Source: an uncultured Gammaproteobacteria bacterium (GTDB lineage Bacteria > Patescibacteriota > Patescibacteriia > UBA9934 > UBA11717). Taken from it: a DNA stretch of 49,041 bases. Below are positions 9,308-18,214 of the stretch, piece by piece (position 1 is the stretch's first letter; every line of letters begins with the position of its first letter). The stretch lies in NCBI GenBank assembly GCA_964365275.1, contig CAYIOW010000002.1, positions 1 to 49,041 on the forward strand, in the 5' to 3' direction. The notes beneath the pieces were generated by a model. It saw only the letters and a program-made list of their open reading frames with translations. It ran no database searches and had not been told where the DNA came from. Both the position numbers and the translations under genes were made by a program.

Positions 9308-10159
9308 TTATTGTTTTATACTTTTCCAAATATGATAGTCGGTGATTATTGAAAGAGGATTTACGAACACCACCAGAGCGAGATAACTTGCCGCTTGGAA
9401 ATATGTTGAAAGTCGCGTGTAAGTTCCGCTTCCTTCGTCCGTCGTGCCGAGCAAAACAAGCTGGACAACATTTATTATGAAGTATTGCGCAAGAAACAAT
9501 ATACCGAAGTACAGAATTTTCGGAACGGCGAGACGGATAAAAACCTGCCAAAAATTCGCTTTTACGGCGAGCCAGCTCGTTTTTAGGGCGTCAAATCCTC
9601 TTTTGTCGTCAACAACAACGGCGAAAGGAACAAATGCCAGCATAAATACGACGGCGATTGACGGTATCAGCAAAAGCATCAAAATCAGGAGTATCGTTAA
9701 AGACATAAGCACCGGCAAAGACGGAGCAAGCGTTTCGGTAAAAAGTTTTATCAAGAGAAGCGGAATAAGCACTGATATGGTTATTGAGGCCCCGGTGTAA
9801 ATGAAAGCGACAAGTTGCGGAATGAAGGTGTTCCACCCACGGTTCGCGATTTCCTTCATATTCGCCGCCGCGCCGCCTGTCATCTTATCAACACCCGCAA
9901 TTAACATATTTGTCGTCCAGACGACCATTATGATGCCGATTGCGACATTGTTAAACACGAAAAGTGCAAGACCGAACATTTCAAGACCGGTAAGCGGACG
10001 CACGACGCGATAGGCGTCAACCGGATAAAACCCGATTGCAACTATATTTATCGCGGCGACCACAAGCAACCACGCGCTTAAGCGAATAAGCGTTGGAAAC
10101 TCTTTTCTGTACTGCTCCCACGAAGAGTCAATAAGCGCGCCGAGTGATTGTAAAGCCAT
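9308..10159 (-). CDS. polytopic membrane protein (283 aa), probable paralog of 8566..9285
   Basis: Multiple hydrophobic spans, the same N-terminal layout (short soluble helix, then TMs) and the same strand. Confidence 0.6.
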   Translation of the reverse strand: MALQSLGALIDSSWEQYRKEFPTLIRLSAWLLVVAAINIVAIGFYPVDAYRVVRPLTGLEMFGLALFVFNNVAIGIIMVVWTTNMLIAGVDKMTGGAAANMKEIANRGWNTFIPQLVAFIYTGASITISVLIPLLLIKLFTETLAPSLPVLMSLTILLILMLLLIPSIAVVFMLAFVPFAVVVDDKRGFDALKTSWLAVKANFWQVFIRLAVPKILYFGILFLAQYFIINVVQLVLLGTTDEGSGTYTRLSTYFQAASYLALVVFVNPLSIITDYHIWKSIKQ

Positions 10160-10162
10160 ATT

Positions 10163-10194
10163 TCAGATGTCAGGATTATCAGATGTCAGGATTA
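10163..10194. repeat. perfect tandem duplication of the 16-mer TCAGATGTCAGGATTA
   Basis: Two head-to-tail copies in the divergent intergenic region between 9308..10159 (-) and thyX (+). Confidence 0.85.
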
Positions 10195-10297
10195 AAAAAC
10201 GGACGAGTCATTTAATGATGAGAGTATATCATATGGCGCCACTGTGTATAACTTCCTTGCTCTCTTTTGGCGCTCTCGGTAAGATATTTCGGTTGCC

Positions 10298-12091
10298 ATG
10301 GAAAGCCAAAACGCAAATCCGGATGGAGGACTGTTGAAACAATCGCAAACCGATAGGTTGGCGGTTTTTTTGGATGAAAAAACAGGCGAACGGCTTGTTG
10401 CGCTCGGGGACGGAACCGTCCTGCCTTTCCGCTCGTTCATAGAAGAGAAGATGTTTGAACGCGGTCGCGAGTATCTAATGACGCCGGAAAGTTCGGTTAC
10501 CGCCCTTGACGGAGCTAAACTTGCGGGGTTGATGGGGGCCATGCTTGCCCGTCAGTCCCGCATTCCGGGAACCATAGTTGATGTTATGGTGCAAGAGTTT
10601 ATTGAAGAGGACGGTACAATAAAGCGGGAGAAATTGGACGCGCTGATTGAACGAATACTGATTCAATATGGCGACGATTCCGTGCAGGAGCTTGAATGCG
10701 CAACCGTGCTTTTCAATTCAATATCAAACCTGGCGACAAAAATTATTGAAGACCGCCGGCTTGGAAGTTATATTGAGCAGTCCAGCAGATATGTGGTTTA
10801 TACGGAGAAAGACCGCGCGACCGGAAAATGGCTGTATCTTCGCGAAGAGACGATTATGGCTTCGCCGTTGGCGCGAAGGTATGAGGAAAACATGGACAGG
10901 TGTTTTGAAGTGTATGCGGACTTCGTTGAAAAATTAACGGTGCACTACAAAGAAATAAAACCGATGGAGGAGACGGAATATGCGGTAAAGCCGCACGATG
11001 ATAAAAAATATCGCTATGCCGATTTGGACGACGACAAACAGAGAAAAGGGTTTGAACGGGCTTATGGCTTTGATATCAGAACAAAAGCGTGCGATACGGC
11101 GAGAATAGTTCTTCCGGCGGCAACGCTCACGAATATGGCGATGGTGGCGAACGGCCGGACATTTGAGCACCTGCTTAAACGGTTATATTCAAGCGATGTT
11201 GCGGAGTTTCATGATATCGCAAAACGGCTTCATGCCACGCTTAACCGCGTGATTCCAAAATATGTGAAACGCGCCGACCCCGCCGGAGTTCCGATTTGGA
11301 AAGAAATTGACGCGGCACTTGTTCGCCAAATAAGAGAGCGAATGCCTGTGCTTTGGGAACCGGAAGTTCCGGAAGAGGAAGTGTCGTGGATTTCAGTTCC
11401 ATCGCTGGTTCAGGACGGAGTTGAGCCGAAGTGGCATCTTTGCGCCGCGGCTTTGTTTCCGTTTGCGCGCTGTTCGTACAAAAAAATTATTGAGGCGCTC
11501 AAAGGCAAGAACAATGCGGAGTTGATTGAGCTTATGAAGCTTGCCGTCGGCGGAAGACAAAACCGCCGCGACCGCAGTCCGCGGACCTTTGAACATGGAT
11601 ACGATGTTACGGTTGAAGCGGTCGGTAATTTCGGAATCTTCCGTGATTTACACAGACACAGGATGATGACGCTTGAAAGGCAGGCGCTGAATCCACACCT
11701 CGGTTTCACTGTACCAGACGATATTGTCGCAATAGGAGGGAAGGATACGGCCCTGCGTATTCACGCCGATATTTGCGTGTTGTACGACGACATTGAGCGA
11801 ACTCTCGGAACGCATCGCGCGGAATATGCGGCTCTTTTTGGACATCACATCCGCTGGATGATGGGAATGAATCTTCGGGAGGCGCAACATCTGCTTGAAC
11901 TTCGCACAGTTCCGCAAGGGCATCCGGACTATCGCCGAGTCGCGCAAAAAATTCACAAAGAGATTTTGAAACGCGCGTCGTGGATAGGTGAAACAGATTT
12001 GTTGAAATTTGTAGACCACAACAACTACCAATGGTCTCGCGCTGACGCCGAAGCGCGCCAGAGCAGGAAGATAATTGAAATGGGGTCGTGA
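10298..12091 (+). CDS. thyX: FAD-dependent thymidylate synthase, long fused (pseudo-dimeric) form
   Basis: First half: DRRLGSYIEQSSRY and ARIVLPAATLTN. Second half: FRDLHRHRMMTLERQ and LELRTVPQGHPDYRRVAQ. Together these make up the ThyX RHR / SxRY / ARxxLP / R..aqxE motif set, spread over two tandem ThyX-like halves. Confidence 0.8.
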   Translation: MESQNANPDGGLLKQSQTDRLAVFLDEKTGERLVALGDGTVLPFRSFIEEKMFERGREYLMTPESSVTALDGAKLAGLMGAMLARQSRIPGTIVDVMVQEFIEEDGTIKREKLDALIERILIQYGDDSVQELECATVLFNSISNLATKIIEDRRLGSYIEQSSRYVVYTEKDRATGKWLYLREETIMASPLARRYEENMDRCFEVYADFVEKLTVHYKEIKPMEETEYAVKPHDDKKYRYADLDDDKQRKGFERAYGFDIRTKACDTARIVLPAATLTNMAMVANGRTFEHLLKRLYSSDVAEFHDIAKRLHATLNRVIPKYVKRADPAGVPIWKEIDAALVRQIRERMPVLWEPEVPEEEVSWISVPSLVQDGVEPKWHLCAAALFPFARCSYKKIIEALKGKNNAELIELMKLAVGGRQNRRDRSPRTFEHGYDVTVEAVGNFGIFRDLHRHRMMTLERQALNPHLGFTVPDDIVAIGGKDTALRIHADICVLYDDIERTLGTHRAEYAALFGHHIRWMMGMNLREAQHLLELRTVPQGHPDYRRVAQKIHKEILKRASWIGETDLLKFVDHNNYQWSRADAEARQSRKIIEMGS

Positions 12092-12204
12092 TGGAGGAAT
12101 AAGCAGGGATACACATGAATACGCAGGAATATCTATGTGGTTTTTTGACTTTTCACCACAAAGCATTAACATATCATTGCTCATAGCGAGCAGACGGAGG
12201 TTCT

Positions 12205-12771
12205 ATGGGACTTTTGATTGACCCTGTTGTTTCAAGCACGATGCTCGGCGAATTGCCAACCAAGCCGTATATCTACTTCTCTTACCCGCTTATCGGGTTG
12301 GCGATAGACGAGAGGAAGGCATTGCACGCGACCGCGTTTCGGCTGGCGTACTTTGTACGCAATTCATGCAAGCCGTGGCAAGCGTACTTGCCACACGAGA
12401 GTACCGACCCGGTATCTCGGCCTGAAGTGCCACAGGGCGCGATACGGTCAACTGACAAAGCGATGGTTGAGGGGGCGCGACTTATGGTGGCGTTCCTGGA
12501 GCCGTCGTCGGCTGGAGTCGCGATTGAACTTGAGTGGTGCGTACAGAGTCAGATTCCTGTTCTAGCGTGCATGTCTTCCGCGGCGCTGGACAGTGAATTT
12601 GGTGCTCAATCGGTTTCGCGTCTTGTGCTGGATACGGTTCGAGCGACTCGGCATAAGTTCTTCGGCTACGGCAAACAGCCGAGAGAAGGCGGATTTATGC
12701 GAGAGTCGGACGAGCGCAAGCTCGGGGACGCCATCAAGCAAATCCTGTCGGAGCTCGGCGCCTCTCGCTGA
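12205..12771 (+). CDS. nucleoside 2-deoxyribosyltransferase-like protein
   Basis: IYFSYPL start and DKAMVEGARLMVAFLEPSSAGVAIELEW..QIPVLA match the NDT-like Rossmann layout (aD.vva.l...Gt..ElG.A...P). GGAGG lies 5 nt before the ATG. The gene is visibly more GC-rich than its neighbours. Confidence 0.5.
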   Translation: MGLLIDPVVSSTMLGELPTKPYIYFSYPLIGLAIDERKALHATAFRLAYFVRNSCKPWQAYLPHESTDPVSRPEVPQGAIRSTDKAMVEGARLMVAFLEPSSAGVAIELEWCVQSQIPVLACMSSAALDSEFGAQSVSRLVLDTVRATRHKFFGYGKQPREGGFMRESDERKLGDAIKQILSELGASR

Positions 12772-12799
12772 CATTCCAAACTGGAATGTCGTTTTTTTT
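12771..12799 (+). terminator. rho-independent terminator
   Basis: ACATTCCA-AAC-TGGAATGT hairpin, followed by CGTTTTTTTT. Confidence 0.75.
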
Positions 12800-12802
12800 G
12801 CG

Positions 12803-12842
12803 CATAAACCAAACCCCGCCAAAGCAAAATGCGTCGGCGGGG
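12803..12842 (-). terminator. terminator-like hairpin downstream of the tRNA-like gene
   Basis: On the minus strand, CCCCGCC-N15-GGCGGGG followed by TTTGGTTT. Confidence 0.5.
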
Positions 12843-12871
12843 CGGTTGGTCCCAACATACACGCGTTAGCG

Positions 12872-12947
12872 TGGTGGACCCAACGGGAGTTGCACCCGTA
12901 TTTCTCGTTGTCAAAGCGAACGAGGTTACTATTACCTCCATGGGCCC
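12872..12947 (-). tRNA. atypical tRNA (76 nt, CCA encoded; G3:U70, A73; loop UUUGACA; T-loop UGCAACU)
   Basis: The minus strand folds as GGGCCCA-TG-GAGG-TAATAGTAA-CCTC-G-TTCGC-TTTGACA-ACGAG-AAAT-ACGGG-TGCAACT-CCCGT-TGGGTCC-A-CCA. Conserved positions U8, G10, G26, U33, Y48, G53:C61, T54, C56 and A58 are present. It deviates at G55, at the D-loop (no GG pair) and at C37. Confidence 0.5.
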
Positions 12948-12954
12948 GTCTGTC

Positions 12955-12992
12955 GGGACACAACAACAAACCCCCGTTTTGCGGAGGTTTGT
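12955..12992 (-). terminator. hairpin after the dCMP deaminase gene (terminator or processing structure)
   Basis: ACAAACC.CCG-loop-CGG.GGTTTGT stem (10 bp, one mismatch), followed on the minus strand by TTGTTGTTGTGT. It lies between the deaminase stop and the tRNA 5' end, so read-through or processing is needed to make the tRNA. Confidence 0.4.
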
Positions 12993-13059
12993 CGTGACAA
13001 CGAGAGGAGTTCTATACTCGCTCGCTTAATTAAGAGCGTACAGATTTTATGTTCTTTTG

Positions 13060-13578
13060 TCAACTGTGGATAACCGGTTCGGTTGATGTCGGAATGCTGA
13101 TGGGAGCTTGGTTTGAATAGGTTTCTACGGTCTCGTCAAAGTATTGAAGTTCAATCCCGGCCTGGCGGAACATTTCCTCGGTTTCGGCGCCGGCGTGATA
13201 GCGTTTTTCGCAAACGACTCTAATCATTCCCGCGTTCACAATCATTTTTCCACAAACGGTACATGGAGTCATTTTACAATATACGGTTGCGCCTTCAATC
13301 GGTACTCCTATTTTTGCCGCTTGCACAATCGCATTCTGTTCCGCATGAGCCGTACGGACGCAGTGCATACTTTCCGTTCCGTCTTCGTGCTTTACGGTTT
13401 TCATTTGGTGTCCAACATCGTCGCAATGCGGTTGACCCTTCGGCGAGCCAACATATCCGGTAACCAAAATCTGTTTATTCTTCACGATTACACATCCCGA
13501 ACGACCGCGGTCGCAAGTGGCGCGTGTGCCGACAACCTTGGCAATCTCCATAAAATATTGGTCCCAAGTAGGTCGCAT
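13060..13578 (-). CDS. dCMP (deoxycytidylate) deaminase
   Basis: CMP/dCMP deaminase zinc motif HAEQNAI ... PCTVCGKMI. 172 aa. Confidence 0.9.
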   Translation of the reverse strand: MRPTWDQYFMEIAKVVGTRATCDRGRSGCVIVKNKQILVTGYVGSPKGQPHCDDVGHQMKTVKHEDGTESMHCVRTAHAEQNAIVQAAKIGVPIEGATVYCKMTPCTVCGKMIVNAGMIRVVCEKRYHAGAETEEMFRQAGIELQYFDETVETYSNQAPISIPTSTEPVIHS

Positions 13579-13580
13579 AT

Positions 13581-13620
13581 GAGGAATGAATTGAGGAATT
13601 ATAGAATTGAGGAATGGAAT
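13581..13620. repeat. GAAT-rich repeat tract (TGAGGAAT x3) just upstream of the deaminase start
   Basis: GAGGAATGAATTGAGGAATTATAGAATTGAGGAATGGAAT. It is related in composition to the GAATCA elements at 18119 and 46816, and on the minus strand it contains a TATAAT. Confidence 0.6.
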
Positions 13621-13656
13621 CCCTCCCCTAAATAGGGGAGGTTAGGAGGGGTATGA
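13617..13656. repeat. 40-nt C/G-rich palindromic element, copy 1 (intergenic)
   Basis: GAATCCCTCCCCTAAATAGGGGAGGTTAGGAGGGGTATGA. 36 of 41 aligned positions match 23748-23789. Contains an 8-bp CCTCCCCT/AGGGGAGG hairpin and a second AGGAGGGG partner. Confidence 0.8.
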
Positions 13657-13840
13657 CCAACACATTTTCCCACATCTCCCCCAAAAACAAAAACCGCCAC
13701 TTGCAGGAAGCAGTATGATGTCTCCTTCTCCACGGTGTAGCTTCTCGCCAAACGAAAACAATCTCTTGTGGCTTGATCCATTTTAAACCAACCTTTCTGT
13801 CTTCCGACACTTTAAAGTTAACATATAGAAAATGCGTTGT

Positions 13841-13869
13841 AAACAAAAGACGCCCCTAACAAGGCATCT
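13841..13869 (-). terminator. rho-independent terminator after rplA
   Basis: On the minus strand, AGATGCC-loop-GGCGTCT followed by TTTTGTTT. Confidence 0.6.
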
Positions 13870-13885
13870 CTAATTTCGATTTACT

Positions 13886-14569
13886 TTATGCCTCTGGAGT
13901 GAAGCGAATCGCCGGACTCATCGTTGTTTTTAGAGAAGCGGAAAGAATATAAATACCCTTAACGCTTCCGGGTTTTGCTCGGCGGATTGCGTCCATACAG
14001 GAAACGAGGTTTTCTATAAGTTTATCTTTTCCGAATGACAGTTTGCCGATAGCAAGATGCGTGTTCGCGGTGTCGTCGTTTTTAAACGATATCTTTCCCG
14101 CTTTTTGTTCAGTTATAATTTTCACGATGTTCGGACCGACAGTATCTGTCTTAGGGTTTGGCATCAAACCTTTCGGTCCAAGAATCTGCGCAATCTTTGC
14201 GAGCTTCGGCATCATTGAAGGAGTCGCTACCGCTACATCAAAGTCAATGACTTTCTTCACGGCGATTTCTTCAATTTTTTGCTGGTCGCCGATTATGTCT
14301 GCCCCGGCCGCCTTTGCGTCCGCTTCTTTGTCCGCTTCAACGAAAGCGATTACTTTCTTTGTTTTTCCTGTTCCGTGAGGAAGGGAAACGGTGCCGCGCA
14401 ACTGTTGTTCACCTTTTTTCGGGTCAATTCCGAGGTGTAAATGAACTTCAACTGTCTCATCAAACTTCGGTTTACGAAGCTCGGTAAGAAGCGTCACCGC
14501 ATCGGTAACAGAATACACGCGATTTTTTTCAATCTTTTGCTTAACTTCTTTCTTGGTTGTGTTTTTCAT
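13886..14569 (-). CDS. rplA: 50S ribosomal protein L1
   Basis: The ORF extends to 14629, but a typical L1 N-terminus starts at MKNTTKKEV (14569). The longer form would overlap rplK. Confidence 0.93.
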   Translation of the reverse strand: MKNTTKKEVKQKIEKNRVYSVTDAVTLLTELRKPKFDETVEVHLHLGIDPKKGEQQLRGTVSLPHGTGKTKKVIAFVEADKEADAKAAGADIIGDQQKIEEIAVKKVIDFDVAVATPSMMPKLAKIAQILGPKGLMPNPKTDTVGPNIVKIITEQKAGKISFKNDDTANTHLAIGKLSFGKDKLIENLVSCMDAIRRAKPGSVKGIYILSASLKTTMSPAIRFTPEA

Positions 14570-14618
14570 ATTCGTGGTTCGGTCGCCCCCAAAGGGGACT
14601 CCCACAAGTGGATAATAA

Positions 14619-15044
14619 TTAGTCAACAATTTCTACACCCATCTGTCTTGCCGTGCCGGCTATGATTTTCATCGCGGAGTCAACATCGTTTGCGTTCAAG
14701 TCCGGCATTTTCTTCTCGGCAATCTCGCGAAGTTGCGCCTTCGTTAGTTTTCCGACCTTGTTGAGCAGTGGATTTGAAGAGCCCTTTTGCAAGCCAAGCG
14801 TCTTCATTATCAAAGACGAAGCTGGCGGCGTCTTCATTATGAAATCAAAACTTCTGTCCTCATACACCGAAATTACGACCGGAACGATGTCCCCGCGCCT
14901 GTCTTGCGACGCGGCGTTAAATGCCTGAACAAACGACTGAATGTTCACTCCGTGCTGACCCAATGCCGGACCGACCGGTGGCGCGGGTGTGGCGGCTCCA
15001 GCCGGAATCTGGAGCTTTATTTGTGTAACTAATTTTTTTGCCAT
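14619..15044 (-). CDS. rplK: 50S ribosomal protein L11
   Basis: [35 protein letters not shown] is the canonical L11 N-terminus. Confidence 0.95.
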   Translation of the reverse strand: MAKKLVTQIKLQIPAGAATPAPPVGPALGQHGVNIQSFVQAFNAASQDRRGDIVPVVISVYEDRSFDFIMKTPPASSLIMKTLGLQKGSSNPLLNKVGKLTKAQLREIAEKKMPDLNANDVDSAMKIIAGTARQMGVEIVD

Positions 15045-15163
15045 AGCAATGGTGGAACCGTTATTTTAACCGGTTCCTTAATGTTTATGGGAGATTCCGG
15101 GGGCTTTTTGAGGAATTTCACGCCCTGGCGACTCCCGCTATGAGTTAATGGCGGTTTTATACA

Positions 15164-15709
15164 CTAAATCTTCACGACCTGCAAGAAGTCCAGTTCAACC
15201 GGGGTTTCTCGGCCGAACATATTAACCAAAACCTTCACCTTGCCGCGGCCCTCGTCTATATCGCTAACCTTACCTTCAAAATTCTTAAACGGTCCGTCCG
15301 ATATTCTTACAGGGTCGTTTACTTGCACATCTATCACGAATTCCGGCTCCGAAACCCCCATTCTTTTTTGCAACGCCGTAATCTCGTCTTCCGCGATTGG
15401 CGTCGGCGTATTTCCTGTACCTATAAATCCGGTAACGCTTGGAGTGTTGCGCACAACATACCAGGACGCGTCGTCCACCACCATTTCAACCAACACATAG
15501 CCCGGAAAAATTTTCTCCTCTACGGTTTTGCGTTTGCCGTTTTTAATTTTAATCTTTTTTTCTTTTGGGACGAGCACTGAAAAAATCTTATTCTCCATAT
15601 CCATGGAGTCAATTCGTTGTTTCAAATTCTCTGCAACATTTTCTTCAAAGCCGGAGTAAGTGTGGATTGCGTACCACCTTCGTCCGTAATTGGCTGTTTG
15701 TTTTGCCAT
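15164..15709 (-). CDS. nusG: transcription antitermination factor NusG
   Basis: I chose the internal start MAKQTANYGRRWYAIHTYSGFE. The C-terminal KOW is present (GDPVRISDGPFKNFEGKV). The longer ORF to 15865 would overlap secE. Confidence 0.92.
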   Translation of the reverse strand: MAKQTANYGRRWYAIHTYSGFEENVAENLKQRIDSMDMENKIFSVLVPKEKKIKIKNGKRKTVEEKIFPGYVLVEMVVDDASWYVVRNTPSVTGFIGTGNTPTPIAEDEITALQKRMGVSEPEFVIDVQVNDPVRISDGPFKNFEGKVSDIDEGRGKVKVLVNMFGRETPVELDFLQVVKI

Positions 15710-15710
15710 A

Positions 15711-15917
15711 TTATTCCAGAACCAAGGTAAGCAAGTATGAAAGACCGTAGTCAAGCGCCATAAAGAACGCGCCGACGAATACGGTGAGCGCAACAACCAG
15801 CACGCTATAACGAACTGTCGTTTTTTTTGACGGCCATGAAACCTTTCCTGCTTCTTCTTTGGCATCTTGAAGATACCGCGTCAGCCGTTTTAACGGATTA
15901 AGTTTGGTTTGCTCCAT
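15711..15917 (-). CDS. secE: preprotein translocase subunit SecE
   Basis: 68 aa, EEAGKVSWPSKKTT followed by a single TM. It sits in the canonical position upstream of nusG. Confidence 0.85.
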   Translation of the reverse strand: MEQTKLNPLKRLTRYLQDAKEEAGKVSWPSKKTTVRYSVLVVALTVFVGAFFMALDYGLSYLLTLVLE

Positions 15918-15990
15918 ATTTGAGAAGAATTAATGATAGTAAGTACTAAATGAATTGGAGATTTGACTGTCGCTCTTTCTTTTTCTCGGT

Positions 15991-16014
15991 ACTCAAAACC
16001 CCCGCGAGGGGGTT
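15991..16014 (-). terminator. rho-independent terminator after gyrB
   Basis: On the minus strand, AACCCCC-TCGC-GGGGGTT followed by TTGAG; the 3' arm supplies part of the U-run. Confidence 0.65.
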
Positions 16015-16052
16015 AATAATCGTTCGAATGATACATAACCGGAAACACCGTG

Positions 16053-18086
<2,034 letters not shown>

Positions 18087-18118
18087 CGAAACACGGAGGA
18101 AGGGAAGCGCTGGTAAAG

Positions 18119-18188
18119 TGAATCAATGAATCAATGAATCGGGGAATGGGAGAATGATGCGTCGCGAATTCATTGATTCCATGATTCC
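18119..18188. repeat. GAATCA/TGATTC inverted-repeat element, copy 1
   Basis: TGAATCAATGAATCAATGAATC ... GCGTCGCGAATTC ATTGATTCCATGATTCC. It shares GAATCAATGAATC, the 13-mer GCGTCGCGAATTC and ATTGATTC with 46816-46890. It lies in a divergent promoter region. Confidence 0.75.
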
Positions 18189-18197
18189 TTTTCTTCT

Positions 18198-18205
18198 TGT
18201 ATACT
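18198..18205 (+). promoter_or_regulatory. -10 element TGTATACT, 9 nt before the ATG at 18215 (leaderless-type)
   Basis: TGTATACT-GCCCTCAAT-ATG. Confidence 0.45.
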
Positions 18206-18214
18206 GCCCTCAAT

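Noticed and set aside
10255-10625. An apparent +1/-1 pair of frame discrepancies when I hand-translated thyX and the antisense ORF 10192..10542 against the printed coordinates.
   Set aside because: The ORF track gives uninterrupted ORFs on both strands, and the two discrepancies cancel out. I attribute them to my own character counting. Hand-derived coordinates in this interval may be off by 1 nt.
12851-12884. GTTGGGTCCACCA (the tRNA 3' end) and GTTGGGACCAACC, 20 nt downstream on the minus strand, as an att-type partial tRNA duplication.
   Set aside because: The match is only 10 of 13 over 13 nt, and the second copy overlaps the terminator stem. It is too short to separate from chance.
12562-12997. 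ORFs of 134-135 aa on both strands, spanning the terminators and the tRNA-like gene.
   Set aside because: They run through two terminator hairpins and a cloverleaf. The composition is driven by the GC-rich structured DNA.
13599-13781. A 60-aa ORF in the rplA / dCMP-deaminase spacer.
   Set aside because: There is no SD or -10 spacing signal. Its C-terminus is simply the translated 40-nt palindromic element. I kept it only as context for that repeat.
15045-15163. An L1/L11 autoregulatory leader upstream of rplK (GGAACCG-N9-CGGTTCC hairpin), and an S2 leader pseudoknot upstream of rpsB (26060-26159, CCCC/GGGG/CCCC).
   Set aside because: The hairpins are real, but I cannot match them to the known r-protein leader consensus structures by eye. 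A covariance-model search is needed, so I did not report them as features.
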